From: a virus
Lineage: Duplodnaviria; Heunggongvirae; Uroviricota; Caudoviricetes
Direction: 5' to 3' (one strand)
IMG/VR virus record: IMGVR_UViG_2639763139_000004
Length of the DNA: 11,635 nucleotides
Both the position numbers and the translations under genes were made by a program. The notes under the pieces are model-generated. The model made no database searches. It had not been told where the DNA came from and saw nothing but the letters and a program-made list of their open reading frames with translations. Positions within the stretch are counted from its first letter, which is position 1, and the number at the start of each line of letters is the position of its first letter. Positions 7,012 to 11,635 of this stretch are shown here, one piece after another.

Positions 7012-7434
7012 TCAATGCACTACGACAGAATCGCCGGGCGACCCACCACCGCTGAAATGTGCTTTCCGGTAAACGGCCTGGACAGCATCATCATGCGCAT
7101 CAATTGCCGTACTCAACGCTTCCTGCGCCGCCAGTAATGCACGGCGTTCCAGGGTATCGAAGATACAGAGTCGGTGACGCAGCTCACGCGGAAGAATTGC
7201 CAGAACCGCAGGGATCAGTTTCTGAATTTTTTCCCTTTGCGCTTTCGTTTCACCTTTCAACCAACGGTGATAGATATTCTGCTGATTGTTCCAGTCCTTG
7301 CCTGGTACCAGAGACAATTCGCCGCCCCCCTGCCGCAGATATTCTTCAGTAATTGCGTTAGCGACCCACGCCTGCCCTTTTTCGGCTGCCAGGGCTAACA
7401 GCACTGATTCGATGTGCTCATGCCTGATTTTCAT
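7012..7434 (-). CDS. YdaT-like (CII-position) prophage protein, 140 aa
   Basis: ATG 7432-7434 overlapping the end of the Cro-like gene. Sequence MKIRHEHIESVLLALAAEKGQAWVANAI... matches the Rac YdaT family from memory. Occupies the cII position. Confidence 0.7.
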   Translation of the reverse strand: MKIRHEHIESVLLALAAEKGQAWVANAITEEYLRQGGGELSLVPGKDWNNQQNIYHRWLKGETKAQREKIQKLIPAVLAILPRELRHRLCIFDTLERRALLAAQEALSTAIDAHDDAVQAVYRKAHFSGGGSPGDSVVVH

Positions 7435-7645
7435 GAATCACCTTCCCAGGTCGTTTTGCCTTACGATATTCGTCATAAACTTTGGGGTCGTACTGAAGTT
7501 CCCCGCCAGATGCCTCTTGCAGGCGCATCGCGCGACCTTCAGGAACCAGTTCCCCCCATGCAGCAATGCTTGCCAGCCTAACTCCTGCGGCATTGGCAAG
7601 CTTTGTTTTGCTGCCAAAAAACGCTATAGCATCAATTTTCAACAT
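7418..7645 (-). CDS. dicC: DicC/YdaS-like Cro-type regulator, 75 aa
   Basis: ATG 7643-7645 preceded by TAAGGAG. Divergent from the repressor gene. Sequence pattern matches DicC from memory. Confidence 0.75.
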   Translation of the reverse strand: MLKIDAIAFFGSKTKLANAAGVRLASIAAWGELVPEGRAMRLQEASGGELQYDPKVYDEYRKAKRPGKVIHENQA

Positions 7646-7653
7646 ATCGAGCT

Positions 7654-7713
7654 CCTTAGATTTTCCTAAGGAAACTAGACCGTAGAGAAACCTAAGTCAA
7701 GAAAAATTAGAAT
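7654..7713. promoter_or_regulatory. Right-operator-like region with two copies of a 14-bp operator motif and divergent promoters
   Basis: Palindrome CCTTAGATTTTCCTAAGG at 7654-7671 and minus-strand CTTAGGTTTCTCTA at 7683-7696. TAGAAT at 7708-7713 lies 8 nt before the repressor ATG, which has no SD. Confidence 0.5.
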
Positions 7714-7721
7714 TCCCTAAT

Positions 7722-8129
7722 ATGAAAAACGAAACCTTCGGTGCTCGCCTCTTACATAGGCGTAAAAAATTAAAACTGTCTCAGGCCGCATTAGGTAAGC
7801 TGGTCAAAGTGGCTCACGTAACAATTTCTCAATGGGAAAGAGATGAAACACAGCCGGCGGGGAAAAGATTATTCGCACTGAGCCAAGCGCTTCAGTGCTC
7901 ACCGACTTGGCTTCTTTTTGGGGATGAAGATAAACAACCAGGCGAACCGATCCCGGATAATCAGCCAGCCATTCTGACAGAAGATCAAAAAGAGTTACTT
8001 CAACTGTTCGACGCACTGCCTGAGTCAGAGCAAAAGGCCCTGTTGTCAGAGATGCGTGCTCGAGTTGAAAATTTCAACAAACTTTTTGAAGAACTACTCA
8101 AAGCTCGCAAAAGAAGCGCAAACAAATAA
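7722..8129 (+). CDS. dicA: DicA-like HTH repressor, 135 aa, no S24 peptidase domain
   Basis: ATG 7722, TAA 8127-8129. HTH segment LSQAALGKLVKVAHVTISQWERDETQP and tail LFALSQALQCSPTWLLFGDEDKQ...NFNKLFEELLKAR match DicA from memory. Confidence 0.85.
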   Translation: MKNETFGARLLHRRKKLKLSQAALGKLVKVAHVTISQWERDETQPAGKRLFALSQALQCSPTWLLFGDEDKQPGEPIPDNQPAILTEDQKELLQLFDALPESEQKALLSEMRARVENFNKLFEELLKARKRSANK

Positions 8130-8201
8130 TCCCCTTTTTTCTCCACACCCTGTAATAAAAAGCACAAACTTTCAAACACTTGTGTTTTTTACATCAAAAA
8201 G

Positions 8202-8254
8202 CTTAGGTTTTTCTACACAAAAATCTTGACCACCCTCCTTAGGTTATTCTAAAT
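8202..8254 (+). promoter_or_regulatory. Left-operator-like region: two more copies of the operator motif flanking a candidate promoter
   Basis: CTTAGGTTTTTCTA at 8202-8215 and CTTAGGTTATTCTA at 8239-8252. TTGACC at 8226-8231 with a weak -10 around 8249-8255, upstream of the ydfA-like gene. Confidence 0.45.
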
Positions 8255-8331
8255 TTTATTCATCAAGACACCGCACGGTGTTCTCAGCAAACAGTTCCGC
8301 TACCCCGGCGTTAAGGGGAAATGGGGTCAAC

Positions 8332-8487
8332 ATGAATACTATCGATCTTGGCAACAACGAATCTCCGGTGTACGGCGTGTTCCCCAACCAGGACGGCACA
8401 TTCACCGCCATGACGTATACCAAAAGCAAAACGTTTAAAACCGAAGCTGGCGCACGTCGTTGGTTGGGAAGACATTCAGGTGAGTAA
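8332..8487 (+). CDS. ydfA: YdfA/YdaF-like small protein (DUF1391-type), 51 aa
   Basis: ATG 8332 with AAGGGGA upstream. MNTIDLGNNESPVYGVFPNQDGTFTAMTYTKSKTFKTEAGARRWLGRHSGE; first gene after the repressor, as in the dicB operon. Confidence 0.7.
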   Translation: MNTIDLGNNESPVYGVFPNQDGTFTAMTYTKSKTFKTEAGARRWLGRHSGE

Positions 8488-8488
8488 A

Positions 8489-8692
8489 ATGAACGAGACA
8501 GAATTAAAACACGTTATCGCTCTACTCCTAGAAGATGCAAAACGCCTCCAGCAACTGGAGCCAAATGCAGGCACTGGGGCACGCATCTGGCTGGCTAAAG
8601 AAGCGCTGGAATCTGGCGATTATGATAGCGAAGAAGCCTTCTACAAAGCAGAAGGCCGTGCAGGATATTCACCGGGTCTTGGCGGGGTATAA
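8489..8692 (+). CDS. Hypothetical small protein, 67 aa
   Basis: ATG 8489 immediately after the upstream stop, preceded by AGGTGAG. No family recognised. Confidence 0.5.
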   Translation: MNETELKHVIALLLEDAKRLQQLEPNAGTGARIWLAKEALESGDYDSEEAFYKAEGRAGYSPGLGGV

Positions 8693-8933
8693 ATACCATG
8701 CGCATTGACTGAATTCGCAAACAAAAACAGACGCGCGATACCCGGATAGTCGGTCTGCATAGTCAGATATCTGGCTGCGAATTTGATAAATATCACCGCC
8801 CTTTTCGGAAACATAAGTTCCGTCCGGGAGTTGATTATACGAACCATCTCCATGGGGGATCGTTCTCCTGAATCCTAGTGAGAGCATATATTTATGAAGC
8901 CCTTCGTAATCCTCTGGCTCAGTGGATTTGCCC

Positions 8934-9839
8934 CTATATTTCCAGACATCTGTTATCACTTAACCCATTACAAGCCCGCTGCCGCAGATATTCCCGTGGC
9001 GAGCGATAACCCAGCGCACTATGCGGATGCCATTCGTTATAATGCTCGAACGCCTCTGCAAGGTTCTTTGCTGCCGTTAACCCGTCTGGTTTGGGCATGA
9101 TACTGATGTAGTCACGCTTTATCGTTTTCACGAAGCTCTCTGCTATTCCGTTACTCTCCGGACTCCGCACCGCCGTGTTCTTCGGTTCAAGTCCCAACAT
9201 CCGGGCGAACTGGCGTGTTTCATTAGCCCGGTAGCATGAACCATTATCCGTCAGCCACTCCACTGGAGACGACGGAAGATCGTTGCCGAAGCGGCGTTCC
9301 ACCGCTCCCAGCATGACGTCCTGTACTGTTTCACTGTTGAAGCCGCCGGTAGTCACCGCCCAGTGCAGTGCCTCACGATCACAGCAGTCCAGCGCGAACG
9401 TGACACGCAGTCTCTCTCCGTTATCACAGCAGAACTCGAACCCGTCAGAGCACCATCGCTGATTGCTTTCTTTCACGGCCACTCTGCCTGTATGTGCCCG
9501 TTTCGATGGCGGTACAGCAGGTTTTCGCTCAAGCAACAGCGCATTCTGGCGCATGAGCCGGTAAACACGTTTGGCATTGATCGCAGGCATACCATCAAGT
9601 TCTGCCTGTCTGCGAAGCAGCGCCCATACCCGACGATAACCATACGTGGGCAGCTCTCCGATAACATGGTGTATACGGAGAAGCACATCCGTATCATCAG
9701 TGTGACGACTGCGGCGGCCATCCATCCAGTCATCGGTTCGTCTGAGAATGACGTGCAACTGCGCACGCGACACCCGGAGACAACGGCTGACTAAGCTTAC
9801 TCCCCATCCCCGGGCAATAAGGGCGCGTGCGCTATCCAC
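8934..9839 (-). CDS. insD: IS2 transposase OrfB (InsD), made as an OrfAB fusion by -1 frameshifting
   Basis: 301-aa frame with integrase-core motifs. Slippery heptamer A AAA AAG at 9839-9845 (minus) sits at the InsC/InsD overlap. Confidence 0.9.
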
Positions 9840-10162
9840 TTTTTTGCCCGTCCATATTCAACGGCTTCTTTGAGGAGTTCATTTTCCATCGTTTTCTTGC
9901 CGAGCAGGCGCTGGAGTTCTTTAATCTGCTTCATGGCGGCAGCAAGTTCAGAGGCAGGAACAACCTGTTCTCCGGCGGCCACAGCAGTAAGACTTCCTTC
10001 CTGGTATTGCTTACGCCAGAGAAATAACTGGCTGGCTGCTACACCATGTTGCCGGGCAACGAGGGAGACCGTCATCCCCGGTTCAAAGCTCTGCTGAACA
10101 ATTGCGATCTTTTCCTGTGTGGTACGCCGTCTGCGTTTCTCCGGCCCTAAGACATCAATCAT
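9797..10162 (-). CDS. insC: IS2 OrfA (InsC), 121 aa
   Basis: ATG 10160-10162; sequence [41 protein letters not shown]... is a typical IS3-family HTH OrfA. Confidence 0.9.
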
Positions 10163-10474
10163 CTGTTCTCCAATGACTAGTCTAAAAACTAGTATTAAGA
10201 CTATCACTTTTTAACATTGATGCAGTCTCTTTGAGAGCTGACATCGCTAATACATCACTTGCTCACTCTTCTTATTGTTGGGGTATTCAGATTATACAAA
10301 TTTCTTGTTGTTGGGGAATAACAGGAACCACCTCGCCTGACGTAGTTAAAAGCAGGCACACAACGCGAAATGACGCGGCGGTAAGTATGGCGGAGTTATT
10401 CCTTCCCCGTTGAGGACACCGGGTTGTCAGGTTGACCATACGCTTAAGTGACAACCACGCCACAACACTCCATG

Positions 10475-10530
10475 TTGATTGGTACCTTTGGCGGCATCAG
10501 TTTCATTGCTGGCTGATGTCCGCCCTTTTT
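10475..10530 (+). ncRNA. dicF: DicF-like small RNA with its intrinsic terminator
   Basis: UUGAUUGGUACCUUUGGCGGCAUCAGUUUCAUUGCUGGCUGAUGUCCGCCCUUUUU shares the UUUGGCGG(U/C)AUCAGUUU core and CCGCCCUUUUU-AAAGUGAAUUUUGUGAUG 3' context recalled for E. coli DicF. Hairpin GGCGGCATCAG/CTGATGTCCGCC plus T5. Same strand as the dicA/ydfA genes. Confidence 0.45.
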
Positions 10531-10826
10531 AAAGTGAATTTTGTGATGCGGTGAATGCGGCTGAGCGCACGCGGAACAGTTAAAAAGCGATTAGTTCCCA
10601 CGTATCGGGTGGTTATGGGTTTCCCTGTATCCGGCGTTAATTGTTAACTGGTTAACGTCACCTGGAGGCACCAGGCACCGCATCAACAAAGTTCACTTCG
10701 GTGATGAAAGGTAAGAGAAAATGTTGAATGTAGCTATTGAAAACCAGAACGGGTGGAATTATAGTGCATCTGCACCTCATAAAACGGGGGCCGGGCGTGG
10801 AAACCCGAACGTTACTCGAGCGCATA

Positions 10827-10848
10827 GCCGCGCTGAAGCGGTTTTTTT
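10827..10848 (+). terminator. Hairpin plus T7 in the leader upstream of the Rha-like gene
   Basis: AGCCGC gctgaa GCGGTT followed by TTTTTTT (10842-10848). Lies inside the rejected N-terminal extension of the Rha ORF. Confidence 0.35.
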
Positions 10849-11017
10849 ATGCGTAATGCACAGCTCCATTCAAATTATGGTGGGATGTGCAGGGCAGTCG
10901 CAAGACTGGCCGGGTTCTCGAGTGACCGGTATTTCCACCCCTGTACGTCTCACCACCCTTATGGTCGTGGAAAACCTCGGTGGTGAGTTAATTAACTTAT
11001 CACTCGAGGATGCCATC

Positions 11018-11559
11018 ATGGCTACTATCCCTGCCCTTTCTCACCCTGACGTAACCATCGAAAACGGTCGCGCTGTCACTACGTCTGTTGCGGTTGCAGA
11101 GTTCTTCCACAAACGACACGACAATGTGTTACGTGCCATCGCAAATACTGAATGCTCACCTGAATTTAACGCCCTCAATTTTGAGGACGTCACCTACACC
11201 GACACCAAAGGCGAAAAACGCCCAATGTACCAAATCACCAAAAACGGCTTCGTTTTCCTGGTGATGGGCTTCACTGGGAAAAAAGCCGCTGCATTCAAAG
11301 AGGCCTACATCGCTGATGTTCGACCGCATGGAGGCAGAACTGCACCAGAATAATACCCCGTCCGCTGACAAGATGATTCCGGGTAACGGTCGCACTCTGG
11401 TTGTGCACTTCGACGAACACGGCAATATCAGATTCACCGAAACTGTTCCTGACGGTGCACTGGTCTGTACCCTGGATACTTTCCAGTTTTATCTGGAAAA
11501 ACAGGGGTGGGCTCTTGTAAACCGGAGCGCAATTAAAAATATGACCGTAGAGCAGCTGC
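11018..11559 (+). pseudogene. Rha-family regulatory protein gene, frameshifted near 11318 and cut at its 3' end by IS2
   Basis: ATG 11018 preceded by GAGGA. Frame 1 gives ...VAVAEFFHKRHDNVLRAI...MYQITKNGFVFLVMGFTGKKAAAFKEAYIAD then VRPHGGRTAPE*. The Rha-like continuation FDRMEAELHQ... is in the +1 frame from 11319 and runs into the IS2 end at 11560. Confidence 0.55.
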
Positions 11560-11635
11560 TAGACTGGCCCCCTGAATCTCCAGACAACCAGTATCACTTA
11601 TTTAAGTGATAGTCTTAATACTAGTTTTTAGACTA
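11560..11635 (+). mobile_element. Left end of a second IS2 copy, inverted relative to the first, running off the window
   Basis: TAGACTGGCCCCCTGAATCTCCAGACAACCAGTATCACTTATTTAAGTGATAGTCTTAATACTAGTTTTTAGACTA; its last 32 nt are the exact reverse complement of 10178-10209. Confidence 0.85.

Larger units (their letters stand above)
8923..10209 (-). mobile_element. IS2 (IS3 family) copy lacking the terminal 44 bp of its left inverted repeat
   Basis: Right end TGGATTTGCCCCTATATTTCCAGACATC starts at 8923. InsC and InsD frames are intact. The left-end match to the second copy's IRL (11560-11635) stops at 10209. Confidence 0.9.

Noticed and set aside
7059-7669. Plus-strand ORFs 7059-7352, 7174-7398, 7286-7669
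   Set aside because: Antisense to the YdaT-like and DicC-like genes.
7804-8016. Minus-strand 70-aa ORF
   Set aside because: Antisense to the DicA-like repressor gene.
8641-8959. Minus-strand ORFs 8641-8853 and 8669-8959
   Set aside because: The longer one starts inside the IS2 terminal repeat and both oppose the plus-strand operon. A real C-terminal gene fragment cannot be fully excluded.
9363-10097. ORFs 9363-9794 (+), 9473-9766 (-), 9827-10027 (+), 9870-10097 (+)
   Set aside because: Alternative-frame or antisense ORFs inside the IS2 transposase genes.
10231-10413. Plus-strand 60-aa ORF starting just outside the IS2 junction
   Set aside because: TTG start, no RBS, Cys/Trp-rich translation.
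10721-11017. N-terminal 99 codons of the 210-aa ORF containing the Rha domain
   Set aside because: Contains a terminator-like hairpin with T7 and has non-protein-like composition; the Rha match begins at ATG 11018, which has its own RBS.
11156-11437. Minus-strand 93-aa ORF
   Set aside because: Antisense to the Rha-like gene.

Overview
This window reads as a decayed Qin/Rac-like lambdoid prophage from an E. coli/Shigella-type genome; no search could be run, so all family names rest on motif recall and gene order. Nearly all genes are on the minus strand in lambdoid order (high to low coordinate): a DicA-like repressor (plus) divergent from DicC/Cro-like and YdaT-like genes; a replisome-organizer gene and a DnaC-like loader gene, both apparently inactivated; a cargo block (wHTH protein, zinc-ribbon protein, QueH-like epoxyqueuosine reductase, hok type I toxin); nin-like genes; an antiterminator-Q candidate; four tRNAs; and a truncated S21-type pinholin at the window start. 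Beyond the repressor lie a YdfA-like gene, an IS2 copy lacking its left-end tip, a DicF-like sRNA, a frameshifted Rha gene and the start of a second, inverted IS2. The best candidates for something undescribed are the QueH gene beside the phage tRNA cluster and the two-gene cassette next to it at 4559-5395.
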